From Candidatus Poribacteria bacterium (GTDB lineage: Bacteria > Poribacteria > WGA-4E > UBA9662), in the NCBI GenBank assembly GCA_046582655.1, contig JAYGDX010000027.1, positions 77,902 through 141,901 on the forward strand: 64,000 nucleotides of DNA, given 5' to 3'. Shown piece by piece: positions 1-10,104 of this stretch (position 1 is the first letter of the stretch; each line of letters starts with the position of its first letter). The translations under genes were made by a program, and so were the position numbers. The notes below the pieces were generated by a model. That model worked only from the letters and a program-made list of their open reading frames with translations. It ran no database searches and was not told where the DNA came from.

Positions 1-86
1 ACTTAGGGTTGGTTTATAAAGAACAAGGCAAAATCACAGAGTCAGAAGCGGAATTCAAGAAAGCAAAAGACATGGTCACAGAATAG
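1..86 (+). CDS. 3' end of a TPR-repeat protein (partial)
   Basis: Frame from nt 3 reads LGLVYKEQGKITESEAEFKKAKDMVTE*, a TPR consensus helix pair; the gene starts upstream of the window. Confidence 0.7.
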   Translation, partial: LGLVYKEQGKITESEAEFKKAKDMVTE

Positions 87-214
87 GAAAAAAGTTGCTC
101 ATTACCTATGATTACTCTGCTATCCACGCTTGGGTATGGTCAAACAGATTTCAATCTGTTTCAAAATTTAACACTCGCCAATTGCATAAGAGCCTTAACT
201 TTCGTAAAAGCTGA

Positions 215-2392
215 CTACTTTAGGATAATCATTTTCTGCGCAAATACAGATCTATCCGTTTTCAAAGTATAGAAATATGTTCCGCTGGCTACTTTTTCAC
301 CAGCATCAGTCTTGCCATCCCAATAGATAGCTTCTGACTGACTAACATAACTCCCTGCATCAACATAACCCACGTTTATGCTTCTAACAGGATTTCCCAC
401 CACATCATAGATAGTTAGCTTGACTTCGGAATCCTGATTCAGTTCAAATGGTATCCAAGTTTCAGGGTTAAAAGGATTGGGGTAGTTCTGTAGTAATTGC
501 GTATGTACCGGGAAACTATCAGGAAGGATAGTCTTTAACAAATTTAGTGCCAGTTCCTCTATTTTCGAGCGGTTTGGTTTCCTCCCTAATTCCATGATGG
601 CGGATTGAATGTTCTGATTCTGCTGATTGGAGAAAACCAGTTCCTTAGATAATGATAGTGCTGGTGCTGCCAGTGTCCGGCCAAAGTTACTGGCGACCGT
701 CACTAGATCAAAGATGTTGACCTGATTATCACCAGTGACGTCTCCTGATAGATTCGCTCCATCTTGACCAAATTGACTGGCAACCGTTACCAGATCAAGG
801 ATGTCGACAGTACCATCGTCGTTGATATCTCCAACTAGCACTGGACCAGCCTGTGCGGAAATCATGGTCTCTGAACTGAGTCTGGCAGAGACCTTAGCTT
901 GATACCGAATTCTTTCTCTGGGGCGAATTGCTCTGGTACTGATTATGGTGATACTGACACTGGTACCTAGCGTCTCTGGAATGCGGACTTTTCCGGCAAA
1001 ATCGCCGATAATTTCCCCTTCAAGGTTTTCGATTTTGCTGTCAACTGATAGCATATATAACGTTGGAGTGTTGACACTCAGGTTCCGCATGATTGTGACT
1101 GGATCTAAGGGGATGGTCGGCGAACCAATTAATTGGGTAGAGCTTTTTACTTTTCCAATATAGGTTTCTTTCACGACGTATTCGCCTATCGGAAGGTTGA
1201 AAATAAAAGGGCCGTCTTGGATCTTGCCACTATTAGACTTGAACGACTTACTCATATCAGTTCCATCAATGGAGATGGTTGTGACTATGTCAATAATATC
1301 GAAAACGATTTTGATAGGTATTCCAGCACCAATCCCAATAGGCGCTACAAATTCTCCAGCGCCATTACCTTTGATATTTTGGGTTACCACCTCGTTGGCC
1401 CCAACGAATGGTTCGACGGTCCACCCAATATCTTCTAGCATACCTCGGACAATAGGTCCAATATCATGAGTCGATTCCTGCATATTCTGATCCGGTGTCA
1501 TTAAAGTATTGATATCTCCCGGCGGATAAGTGGTTTCGTCCAAGTGAGAATAGCTTGCTCCTTCCTCCCACTGTATGGGAGCATAGAGTTTGGGCCAGTT
1601 TCCTTCGTATGCGACTTTACCAGATGATCCATTCCAAAACAGTTTGTCACTGGTCATCTGTTTCCCTAGAGCGACTGAAGGATCGTTAAAACTGGTGATC
1701 GCCTTGCCAGAACTATTGACCACAGACAGATCATAAATGCCGGAAAACCCTTCGTTTCTAACCGAACCTTCTTTAGTAAAAGTGTCGTAACTTTCTTCGC
1801 CAATAAAACCGATGCCGTGAATCAGTTCATGAAGCACCAGAGTGACAAAGTCAAATCTGTTGGCGGACGTGTTTCCATCCGTGCCAAAATAGAAATCTAT
1901 ATTACTATTGAACTCAGCAAGAATATCAGGTTGATCCGGATTTTGATCTATTCCTGACAGCTTATCAGCCATAGCGTCGGAATACCAGACATCCGGCTTT
2001 CCATGATTAAAATTTTTGTGGACCTTGATTGAACCTGACGATCCCAATGTGTCACCGTTAATCGGTTGAAACACGGCATCAACCCTGATCTCAACATCCG
2101 ATGCAATTTCTATCTTTAAGAGATCTACCGCGTATTGGAAAGCGACTTTGGCTGTCGGGTTTTGATTAAATCCGTCATCATAGGTAACGGTGATGTTTGC
2201 AGTGCCTAAATCAACTTGTCTATTCCTAAAGTATAATGGCGGAGGAACTCTGGCATCAGTGTTTCGATTAATACCCTTTCTATAATGCTTGGTACTTGGT
2301 TGTCTTTGGTTTTGACTGCTAACATCAAAGGTAATCAAAAAAAGACAAAATAGTACAACGCATGAAATAAAGCGACTTCTTAGAGACTTCAT
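215..2392 (-). CDS. Secreted zinc metalloprotease-like protein with dockerin-type EF-hand pair and C-terminal T9SS-like/FlgD-Ig sorting domain
   Basis: N-terminal signal peptide; HELIHGIG (HExxH); two repeats GDINDDGTVDILDLVTVASQFG and GDVTGDNQVNIFDLVTVASNFG; C-terminal LLQNYPNPFNPETWIPF...WDGK...VASGTYFY..KMIILK. Confidence 0.8.
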   Translation of the reverse strand: MKSLRSRFISCVVLFCLFLITFDVSSQNQRQPSTKHYRKGINRNTDARVPPPLYFRNRQVDLGTANITVTYDDGFNQNPTAKVAFQYAVDLLKIEIASDVEIRVDAVFQPINGDTLGSSGSIKVHKNFNHGKPDVWYSDAMADKLSGIDQNPDQPDILAEFNSNIDFYFGTDGNTSANRFDFVTLVLHELIHGIGFIGEESYDTFTKEGSVRNEGFSGIYDLSVVNSSGKAITSFNDPSVALGKQMTSDKLFWNGSSGKVAYEGNWPKLYAPIQWEEGASYSHLDETTYPPGDINTLMTPDQNMQESTHDIGPIVRGMLEDIGWTVEPFVGANEVVTQNIKGNGAGEFVAPIGIGAGIPIKIVFDIIDIVTTISIDGTDMSKSFKSNSGKIQDGPFIFNLPIGEYVVKETYIGKVKSSTQLIGSPTIPLDPVTIMRNLSVNTPTLYMLSVDSKIENLEGEIIGDFAGKVRIPETLGTSVSITIISTRAIRPRERIRYQAKVSARLSSETMISAQAGPVLVGDINDDGTVDILDLVTVASQFGQDGANLSGDVTGDNQVNIFDLVTVASNFGRTLAAPALSLSKELVFSNQQNQNIQSAIMELGRKPNRSKIEELALNLLKTILPDSFPVHTQLLQNYPNPFNPETWIPFELNQDSEVKLTIYDVVGNPVRSINVGYVDAGSYVSQSEAIYWDGKTDAGEKVASGTYFYTLKTDRSVFAQKMIILK

Positions 2393-2895
2393 ATGGTGAT
2401 GTCCTTTAATTAAACCACGTTCTTAAAATAAACATAAATACAGATACCTAAAACTGGCATGCGTAATAGTGAGTAACGAGAATAATTACGGAATATTTCT
2501 TTTACTGAGGCAACCGACCAATTTGATTGACTAGCTCATTAGCATTGTAATTTTCTGATTCGCCAATCCTTCCCTAAAGAAATGGCTAGTCGCTTGATAG
2601 TACCAGCATCAATTTGCCCGACAACCTGAAATCTGAAGAGTGGGCTAGAAAAATTCACGCATCCCACTTTTTTGACGAGTAAAAGCATGTTAGCAAGCTT
2701 GTAATAGGCTCGCGTATAAATAAAGCTAGTATCCACTTCAGTATAATTAAACAGTATGCCTTCCACCTGTTTGCATAAATTCTATTTTCTTTCTGCTGTA
2801 ATATCGTCGCTGTTTTTTTGTCGTTCAATTGGTTGCTGGTTGACTTTGCAACACGTTCAACATTTATAGCAGTTAACTTAAAGGAAACTACCTCT

Positions 2896-3066
2896 CAAAC
2901 CCTGCCTAAACGGTGGATAATAGAGAGCACCTTTTCTTGGTTGGGGCGGTATTGATGCTTAGACCAAGATTATGAGCGCAAAAGTCAGCACTCGGAGAAC
3001 ATTATCTATATTGCTATGATTCAATTGATGTCGAAGCGAATCTAATCTCTTTCAAACAGGTTCTAA
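2896..3066 (+). mobile_element. IS5-family transposase 3' remnant with right terminal repeat
   Basis: Translates QTLPKRWIIESTFSWLGRY*CLDQDYERKSQHSENIIYIAMIQLMSKRI*, matching the IS5 C-terminal PKRWxVERTFxWL..YRRL.KDYER motif with one internal stop; followed by TTTCAAACAGGTTCTAA, an IS5-like end. Confidence 0.8.
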
Positions 3067-3370
3067 GAATGTCAACGACACGATCTAAAAAAAACAAGCT
3101 TGATAAACTAGTTTTCACAGTTGTCATTTTAGCAACATTCCCAAGTTTTGTTTGCCGTTTACTTATTTTACGACCTTCTAGTCTGGAACCGTATCCAATT
3201 CCAAATTTTGATTAAAAAATTGCTTGAAATTAGTATATCATGTCTCTTCCCTTGGCCGATGCTGATTACCCAAATTAATGTCATTATGTACCTGAATTTG
3301 AAAATCCTTGATTGATTCGGTAATTCGTGTTATTTTTAGACCCACTAACAAAATGGAGAATTAAGATACT

Positions 3371-4138
3371 GTGCATTTGTCAAAGGAAGCAGTTGAAGAG
3401 TTTCAATGTCAGGGCTATCTTAAGATTGACCACCAATTGATAGAAAATGATCATTTGGAGATTTTACGGCGACAATATGATCAAGTTTTTGCTGAACATA
3501 GGAATACCGATGGTCAGGGATTACGCAATCTGGCGGTTACAGAAGGCACGGAACCACAAAGGCAGACAGAAATGCTACAAATCATGGAGATGTGGCAAAA
3601 GGATGAACAGTTCTATAAACTGCTGTTCCACCAGTCACTGTTAGACATTGCTGAAAGTCTGATCGGAAAAAACATTCAACTCTTCCATGATCAAGCATTA
3701 TATAAACCAGCACATATTGGCGGAGAAGTCCCGTGGCATCAAGACAACGGTTATTGGCGTTGCTTTCCTCCAAATTTAGTTAGCATTTGGATTGCCCTAG
3801 ACGATGTAGATGAAGAAAACGGCTGTATGAATGTGATTCCAAAAAGTTACGCAAAAGGCGGGATCGACCACACTCGAGCCAAATCAGAAGAAAAAGAACT
3901 GCCGGCACTATTAATGGCCAGCATTGATGATGATCAAGCCGTGTCCGTGCCGTTGTTAGCTGGACATGGAATGGTTCATCATTGTTTAACTTTACATCAG
4001 ACCAATCCCAATAATTCTAGCCGTGATCGTCGAGCCATGGTTATTCATTACATGCTGGTAGGAACACAAAATTCAAAAGGGGAAATTTTAGCCGACAACC
4101 TCCTGTTAAGAGGTGTGAATCATTTGAATGCGGAGTAG
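3371..4138 (+). CDS. Phytanoyl-CoA dioxygenase (PhyH) family Fe(II)/2OG dioxygenase
   Basis: WHQDNGYW (HxD), distal H in TLHQT, Arg in RDRRAMVIHY. Confidence 0.9.
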   Translation: MHLSKEAVEEFQCQGYLKIDHQLIENDHLEILRRQYDQVFAEHRNTDGQGLRNLAVTEGTEPQRQTEMLQIMEMWQKDEQFYKLLFHQSLLDIAESLIGKNIQLFHDQALYKPAHIGGEVPWHQDNGYWRCFPPNLVSIWIALDDVDEENGCMNVIPKSYAKGGIDHTRAKSEEKELPALLMASIDDDQAVSVPLLAGHGMVHHCLTLHQTNPNNSSRDRRAMVIHYMLVGTQNSKGEILADNLLLRGVNHLNAE

Positions 4139-4200
4139 GTTCCTAAAAACGTTCTTGATCTCGCTATAGATTCAGATTGGATGAATAGAAAGGATCTGTA

Positions 4201-5025
4201 ATGCCAATTACAAGCGCCTTGCCGGATATGGAAAGGGAACTCAGGTTTTTTCCTGTCGGAAGTCAGAATCCCAAGAAATTAACGGCAGCGCAAATTCAGC
4301 ATTTCAACCAAAAAGGGTATCTTTTTCCGCTTGACGTTTTTACTCCGGAAGAAGCGGGGAAAAACCGGAAATATTTTGATCAACTGATGGAAAAAGCAGT
4401 TCAAGCGGGCCACAATAGCTATTCAATTAATGGATGGCATCGGCACTGTCACGGTATTTATGATCTCTGTTACGACGATCGCATATTAGATTACATGACC
4501 GATCTGTTAGGAGAAAATCTCATCTGCACTATGACCCACTATTTTAGCAAAGAACCATCTGATGGAAAAAGAGTCAACTGGCATCAAGATGCATCGTATT
4601 GGCCGTTAACACCAAGTAAGGTCATTACTGTCTGGTTGGCCATTGATGACGTGGACAAAGATAACGCACCCATGCAGTTCATTCCTGGGTCACATTTGCA
4701 TGGTCAGATCCCTTTTGAACATAGCAAACCAGAAGAAAATAGTGTGCTGGGTCAATCAGTACACAACTCGGAGGAATACGGAAAACCGGTTTCTGTAATC
4801 ATGAAAGCGGGTCAGATTTCAATCCATTCTGACCTGTTGTTACACGGATCGGAACCCAATATGTCTGGCCGGCGTCGCTGTGGGTTAACCATGCGTTATA
4901 ATCCGCCAGATGTTCGAGGTTGGGATGCCAGGCGGGCAGAAGGTATTATCTGCCGCGGTTCCGACCCTGACGGGTACTGGCAACTACTTCCAAGACCCGA
5001 CGGGGATCACTTGCCAACGTGTTAA
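4201..5025 (+). CDS. PhyH family Fe(II)/2OG dioxygenase
   Basis: WHQDASYWP, TVWLAIDD, LLHGSEPN..RRCGLTMRY. Confidence 0.9.
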   Translation: MPITSALPDMERELRFFPVGSQNPKKLTAAQIQHFNQKGYLFPLDVFTPEEAGKNRKYFDQLMEKAVQAGHNSYSINGWHRHCHGIYDLCYDDRILDYMTDLLGENLICTMTHYFSKEPSDGKRVNWHQDASYWPLTPSKVITVWLAIDDVDKDNAPMQFIPGSHLHGQIPFEHSKPEENSVLGQSVHNSEEYGKPVSVIMKAGQISIHSDLLLHGSEPNMSGRRRCGLTMRYNPPDVRGWDARRAEGIICRGSDPDGYWQLLPRPDGDHLPTC

Positions 5026-5046
5026 GGCAAACCTAGTGAATAAAAA

Positions 5047-5703
5047 CTAGATTGAAAACTTACCGACAAAGATATTGTTAATTGATTGACCAATTTTCCA
5101 TTTAACAGACAGTGATTTATCCTGATAACAGTAGACTGTTGATTTGCCAATGGCGGTGTTGTTAATTTTTGACAGAGGTGAGTACCAAATTTGATGTGGT
5201 TGTGTGCAGTCATGACAGGGGAACGTTGTAGCTGATAACGATAATACTTTTCCGATTGCGACGTCATAAACGAGGCCATTTTTTTGGAAATTGATTGTAG
5301 CTACTTTAGTTTCAATTAGCTGCCCCAGTGTTTTTATGTAGTTTTTTTTGATCAAATCAATGAGCGTTTCCTGCTGAAGCTGATTTGCCTTGTTACTGAT
5401 GTAAAGTACACTGCGTCGGGTTTCCAAATCTATATCGAGATTGTTCTGCGCACTGACAACTGCGACAACGGTCAATCCTTGTAGTGAAACACCTTTCCAC
5501 GTTCCTTGGCTAATGTTCCATACTATAGTCGCTTCTTTTCCACCCTCAATATATTCCGATCCAAAGTGACATGCGCCGACGTAAACACTTACCGATCTTG
5601 CTTCCAGGTATTCGCCGGTGATAGAATCACTGCCTATGGCAACAGTAAATAAACCAACAATTAAGAATAAAGCAAATATGGAAATAGCACGACTTTTTAT
5701 CAT
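5047..5703 (-). CDS. Exported DUF1326-like protein
   Basis: Start moved to ATG 5703 (AAGGAG RBS, signal peptide MIKSRAISIFALFLIVG); GEYLEARSxxVYxGACH motif and C-terminal CHDC/WYSPLS resemble DUF1326 proteins. Confidence 0.6.
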   Translation of the reverse strand: MIKSRAISIFALFLIVGLFTVAIGSDSITGEYLEARSVSVYVGACHFGSEYIEGGKEATIVWNISQGTWKGVSLQGLTVVAVVSAQNNLDIDLETRRSVLYISNKANQLQQETLIDLIKKNYIKTLGQLIETKVATINFQKNGLVYDVAIGKVLSLSATTFPCHDCTQPHQIWYSPLSKINNTAIGKSTVYCYQDKSLSVKWKIGQSINNIFVGKFSI

Positions 5704-5839
5704 TGTTGCGGTCTCCTTGATTTGGGTTGAAATGTAAATGCTATTTTGAGCCAATTCCATTAGAGTTGTAACCACCAAAGATCTGATTAACAATGTAATG
5801 AACTGATTCTGAACCATTTGTGTATTCGGCGAATTTAAC

Positions 5840-6106
5840 TTAAGACTTTATATTTTCAGTCCGGTCGATTTCAGCCAAAATTCCACCGCCAATCCCTTCA
5901 AAGCAGTGGCGTGATTTTCTGCAACCATCTGGTGAAACAAAATCGTCATCTGGTCCAACAGCTGTCATGGTACAGTTGCACCAGTAGTATGAATCAGGAT
6001 TGGTTTCAATTAGGTTCTTTAAACTTCCACCCGGAATATAGAGTGCTTTTGTACGAAGATTTTGGCAGACCGGATGGTGAAGAGATAATAATTTCTTGTC
6101 TTCCAT
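5840..6106 (-). CDS. Small Cys-rich hypothetical protein in the molybdoenzyme operon
   Basis: CQNLRTKALY...YYWCNCTMTAVGPDD...CRKSRHCFE; directly downstream of the FAD subunit; probable start MEDKK at 6106. Confidence 0.7.
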   Translation of the reverse strand: MEDKKLLSLHHPVCQNLRTKALYIPGGSLKNLIETNPDSYYWCNCTMTAVGPDDDFVSPDGCRKSRHCFEGIGGGILAEIDRTENIKS

Positions 6107-6123
6107 TTTGTTGTTAAGTCCTT

Positions 6124-7101
6124 TCAAGCAATGGCCGTCATGGCAGCACGATAGATGATATTTTCTGTCAATTGAACTTTATAGGCATTATCACTTAAAG
6201 GATCGGCGTCTTTAATTGCAATCCGCCCAGCCGCTTTAGCTGTTTCTTCTATAATCGTTTGGCCTTTTAATTCCGCTTCCGCCCCCCTTGATCGCCACGG
6301 AATCGGAGCAACTCCACCCAAAACGATACTCGCATTCTGGCATTTTTGACCGTTGATTTCAAAAACGGCAGCGACACTGACTAAAGCAAAATCGAATGAT
6401 CCCTTTTCCCTAATCTTGATATATAAACTTCTAGCACTAGGCTGTGGTTTGGGAATATGAATCTGGGTGATAATTTCATTCGGTTCAAGAACATTTTCGC
6501 GCTGTGGATTGAGATCTGGTAAAACAAAAAACTCCTCTAGCAGAATCGTTCGATCCCCGTTGGTCCCCTGGATGGTTACTGAGGCTCCGAGAGACACCAG
6601 AGCCGGTGCCACATCTGACGGATGAACAATATAAACTGGGCCTCCGCCAAAGATAGCGTGATATTTATTTAAACCGGAAAGTGCGTAACATGTATCTCCA
6701 CCTTTTTTTAGGCAGATTGTGTCCGGATCACGGTAATACCAACAACGAGGACGTTGGCATAAGTTGCCACCAACGGTACCGACGTTTCGAATTTGCGGTG
6801 TCGCTACAGCCGCTGCCGCTTGAGCCAGAACCCCGTAATTTTCTTGGACCTCTGAATGATCGGCAAGTTCCGAAAGTGTTACCAGAGCGCCAATTGTAAC
6901 TCCTGATGTCTTAACTTCAATTTTGTCTAAGTCAGGAATGGTTTTGAGATTAACTAATTTTTTCGGCGTCTCAATATAATCCTTCATTTCACCGACTAAA
7001 TCCGTTCCGCCAGCAATAACCTTGGTGTTTTCCCAACTGCTATCTAATAACGTTGGAACCTGATTGACGCTTTTTGCATTCACATAACTAAATTTTTCCA
7101 T
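6124..7101 (-). CDS. Xanthine dehydrogenase/aldehyde oxidoreductase family FAD-binding subunit (PaoB/YagS-like)
   Basis: IAGGTDL, ATPQIRNVGTVGGNL, Cys-containing insert, HPSD, LGGVAPIPWR, NAYKV. Confidence 0.92.
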   Translation of the reverse strand: MEKFSYVNAKSVNQVPTLLDSSWENTKVIAGGTDLVGEMKDYIETPKKLVNLKTIPDLDKIEVKTSGVTIGALVTLSELADHSEVQENYGVLAQAAAAVATPQIRNVGTVGGNLCQRPRCWYYRDPDTICLKKGGDTCYALSGLNKYHAIFGGGPVYIVHPSDVAPALVSLGASVTIQGTNGDRTILLEEFFVLPDLNPQRENVLEPNEIITQIHIPKPQPSARSLYIKIREKGSFDFALVSVAAVFEINGQKCQNASIVLGGVAPIPWRSRGAEAELKGQTIIEETAKAAGRIAIKDADPLSDNAYKVQLTENIIYRAAMTAIA

Positions 7102-7103
7102 AA

Positions 7104-9215
7104 TTATGCTTTACCTTTCTCAGCAAGTGTCGTTAAGACTTTATCGGGAGTGATCGGTAGAGATCTAATCCGTACCCCAATCGCGTTGTAAACTGCATTG
7201 GCGATGGCGCCAGCGGTCGGAATTGTAGCGGGTTCCCCAATACCAGTAACTTTCTGATCCGTATCAAACGCAATGGCTTTAATTTCTGGAATTTCAGTTG
7301 GCCCTGCAATCTTGTAATCAATTAGATTTGAATTTATCATCCGACCTGTTTGCGGATCCATAATACGATTTTCAAGAAGCGCGTAACTTAATCCACCCAC
7401 AACGCCACCGTTGATTTGACTTTCGGTGGTAAGCCGGTTTAGAATCAGACCGCAGTCTTGAACAGCCACAATTTTTATTGCCGTGACATGACCCGTTTCC
7501 GTGTCAACTTCAACTTCGGCGAATTGTGTGCCAGCCGCCCCACCTTCCCGAAGGTCTTCTGCCCAGTGCCCCTCTTCGGTAATTGTATCCATGCCCAAAT
7601 GGGCAGTGGCCTGCTGCCAACTCATTTCCTCACCTGATTTAGTCAAGATTTTTCCACCTTTGGCCACAAGATCTTGAGGAGATTGATCAATCTGTTCAGC
7701 AAGATATTCAAAAAAACTGTTCTTGGCTGTAACAGCGGCTGTTTTAATCACCGGAGCGACAGAAGCCGTAGTTTGGCTGCCTCCACTTCCTCCTGAAGGC
7801 AACCCGGGTGCGGTATCACCAATCTTAACGGAAATATGGTGTGGTTGTAACCCGAGTTCGTCGGCCACAATAATTGCGATCACAGTTCGGATTCCAGTTC
7901 CAAGGTCCTGTGTACCGGTAACAGCTTCAATAGTACCGTCTGCGTGAATGCTCACACGGGCTTTGGTGCCTTTACCTCCACCACCACCCCACTGACCGCT
8001 GCCCATACCAATTCCGCGCTTCTTGATACCTTTGTCGGATCCAGGGATTTTACGACGCCGATGCCAACCGATCTCTTTGGCACCTAGCACATATTCATCC
8101 TGCCGGATCTGATTGTCGTCATTCTTCTGGCGAATCTCCAGCGGATCGATACCAAGTTTCTCCGCTATTTCGTCCATTAGCGAATCCATGGCAAAGGCGC
8201 CTTGCGGATGACCCGGAGCACGAAAAGCTCTAGCACCGCCTGTATTAGTCGCAACTGAAAATTTTTCTGTCCGGTAGTTAGGAATATTGTATACATAAGG
8301 GCCGGTGAAACCTGCTCCACCACCATTTCCGGCTGATCCGTAGCCGACTAGATCGTAGGCCATCAGCTTACCGTCTTTGGTAGCGCCAGCTTTGACATGC
8401 TGTGTCATAGAAGGCCGGTTACCAGCCACAAGATGTTCCGCTTTACGCGTCAGCATTAACTTTACAGGCGCTTTAGCTTCCTTAGCTAGTCTTGCTACTG
8501 TTGTGCCTTCGACACCGGGACCAAATTTACTGCCGAATCCACCACCCATATGTTCCGTTATCACCCGAACCTGATCTTCTGGTATCTTGAAATGGTTGGC
8601 AAAATCACGACGTGTTCCAAATACCGCTTGCGTTGAAGCCCACACAGTTAAGTGATCTCCATCCCACTTGGCAACGTGACCATGAGGTTCAAGACAAGTA
8701 TGTGTTTGAACTTGGGTGCTATAAGTTGCTTCCACAATTACGTCCGATTGGGCAAAGCCAACTTCAAGGTCTCCACGGTCATCAATTCGTGGTTTACTCT
8801 GGTTTTTTTCCCAATCACGAATTTGGGGGGCATCATCTCGTCTGGCTCCTTCCAGATCAACTACAAACTCCAGTTCATCGTAGTCAAATTGAATGGCGCG
8901 AATTGCGTCTTCAGCAATATCAGACGTTTCCGCGGCAACAGCGGCAATCTCTTGACCTTCGTATCGAATTTGATCACCTTCTTTGATTAAGGCAATAACT
9001 GCTTTGACACCGGATACAGATCGAGTATTCTCCAAGTTGATCGCGGTTAATATCCCACGAGGTACATGAGATCGCAGAATTCGACCATAAAGCATGCCTG
9101 GCAGATTAACGTCATAGGTATACTTGGCTTTACCTGTAACTTTACCCGGACCTGATAAACGCTGAACATGTTTACCAATTAAACTAGATTCTTTGGGATC
9201 TCCCCATCCAGCCAT
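7104..9215 (-). CDS. Xanthine dehydrogenase family molybdopterin-binding subunit (PaoC/YagR-like)
   Basis: KVTGKAKY, GGGFGSK, FRAPGHPQG, QDLGTG, SQINGG, GIGEP (catalytic Glu). Confidence 0.93.
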   Translation of the reverse strand: MAGWGDPKESSLIGKHVQRLSGPGKVTGKAKYTYDVNLPGMLYGRILRSHVPRGILTAINLENTRSVSGVKAVIALIKEGDQIRYEGQEIAAVAAETSDIAEDAIRAIQFDYDELEFVVDLEGARRDDAPQIRDWEKNQSKPRIDDRGDLEVGFAQSDVIVEATYSTQVQTHTCLEPHGHVAKWDGDHLTVWASTQAVFGTRRDFANHFKIPEDQVRVITEHMGGGFGSKFGPGVEGTTVARLAKEAKAPVKLMLTRKAEHLVAGNRPSMTQHVKAGATKDGKLMAYDLVGYGSAGNGGGAGFTGPYVYNIPNYRTEKFSVATNTGGARAFRAPGHPQGAFAMDSLMDEIAEKLGIDPLEIRQKNDDNQIRQDEYVLGAKEIGWHRRRKIPGSDKGIKKRGIGMGSGQWGGGGGKGTKARVSIHADGTIEAVTGTQDLGTGIRTVIAIIVADELGLQPHHISVKIGDTAPGLPSGGSGGSQTTASVAPVIKTAAVTAKNSFFEYLAEQIDQSPQDLVAKGGKILTKSGEEMSWQQATAHLGMDTITEEGHWAEDLREGGAAGTQFAEVEVDTETGHVTAIKIVAVQDCGLILNRLTTESQINGGVVGGLSYALLENRIMDPQTGRMINSNLIDYKIAGPTEIPEIKAIAFDTDQKVTGIGEPATIPTAGAIANAVYNAIGVRIRSLPITPDKVLTTLAEKGKA

Positions 9216-9227
9216 TATCTTGTCTCC

Positions 9228-9875
9228 CTAATTTCTCATTTTTTTGGATGCAGTTTTAACAGCGTCGAAGATAAAAGGATAAGTACCGCAACGGCAAACG
9301 TTCCCAGATAACCCTTCTTGTATTTCTTCATGGGTCGGGGTAGGATTCTGATCTAGAAATGCTTTAGCGGCAACAACAAACCCGGGTGTACAGAATCCAC
9401 ACATCAATGCGTCATGCTCAACAAAAGCTTCTTGAACAGGATGCAAGTTATCCTGACCTGCCAGCCCTTCAACAGTTGTAATCTTTTTTCTTCCAATATC
9501 AACAGCAAGCATCATGCAGGCATAGATAGGTTTCCCTTCCACAATCACCGTGCAACCTCCACACGAACCACGGTCACAAATCGGTTTGGCACCAGTCAGA
9601 TCTAGGCGATTTCCACTGATATCAAAACCATCTCGTAGAACAGTTAAGAGGGTTGTACGCGGTTCAACGTCAACCTGATGAGCCGTGCCATTAATATTGA
9701 GAGTAACGGTGGTTTGGGTAATTCCATCGATGGTGTCTGCACGTGAAGTTTCTTCTGATCCAACCAGAACAGCCGGAGCCACGCTGGCAGCTACCGCACC
9801 ACTTCCAATTCCTTTGAGGAAGCCTCGGCGGGAAACACCCTCTCTTTCTCCTACTAATTCTTTTTCTTTTGACAT
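9228..9875 (-). CDS. 2x[2Fe-2S] subunit with twin-arginine signal (PaoA/YagT-like)
   Basis: SRRGFLK Tat motif; CDRGSCGGC..C and CGFCTPG..CRC cluster ligands. Confidence 0.93.
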   Translation of the reverse strand: MSKEKELVGEREGVSRRGFLKGIGSGAVAASVAPAVLVGSEETSRADTIDGITQTTVTLNINGTAHQVDVEPRTTLLTVLRDGFDISGNRLDLTGAKPICDRGSCGGCTVIVEGKPIYACMMLAVDIGRKKITTVEGLAGQDNLHPVQEAFVEHDALMCGFCTPGFVVAAKAFLDQNPTPTHEEIQEGLSGNVCRCGTYPFIFDAVKTASKKMRN

Positions 9876-9930
9876 CCGGATCCCTCAAAATAACGGTTAC
9901 AAGATTATGATATTACCATACAAAAACCAT

Positions 9931-10053
9931 TAGACCTCTCGCATTAAGTAGTAGTCCTCACCAAAGTTCTAGCCGGGAGGCAGCTAAATTCTGTGACATA
10001 TGCGACTCAAAAATCTCCGAACTTCTGTTTTTTTGACCTATGCAAGAGATTCA
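9931..10053. mobile_element. MITE copy 1 (degenerate)
   Basis: TAGACCTCTCGCATTAAGT...ACCTATGCAAGAGATTCA; aligns along its length with the copy at 12101-12224, sharing the internal CTCAAAAATCTCCxAACTTCTGTTT. Confidence 0.75.
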
Positions 10054-10104
10054 TTATACAAGAAATATTATAAAAATACTATACATAACACTTAAAATTA
10101 CGGG

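Noticed and set aside
2539-2766. 75-aa minus-strand ORF
   Set aside because: No recognisable motif or RBS; AT-rich intergenic DNA next to an IS remnant.
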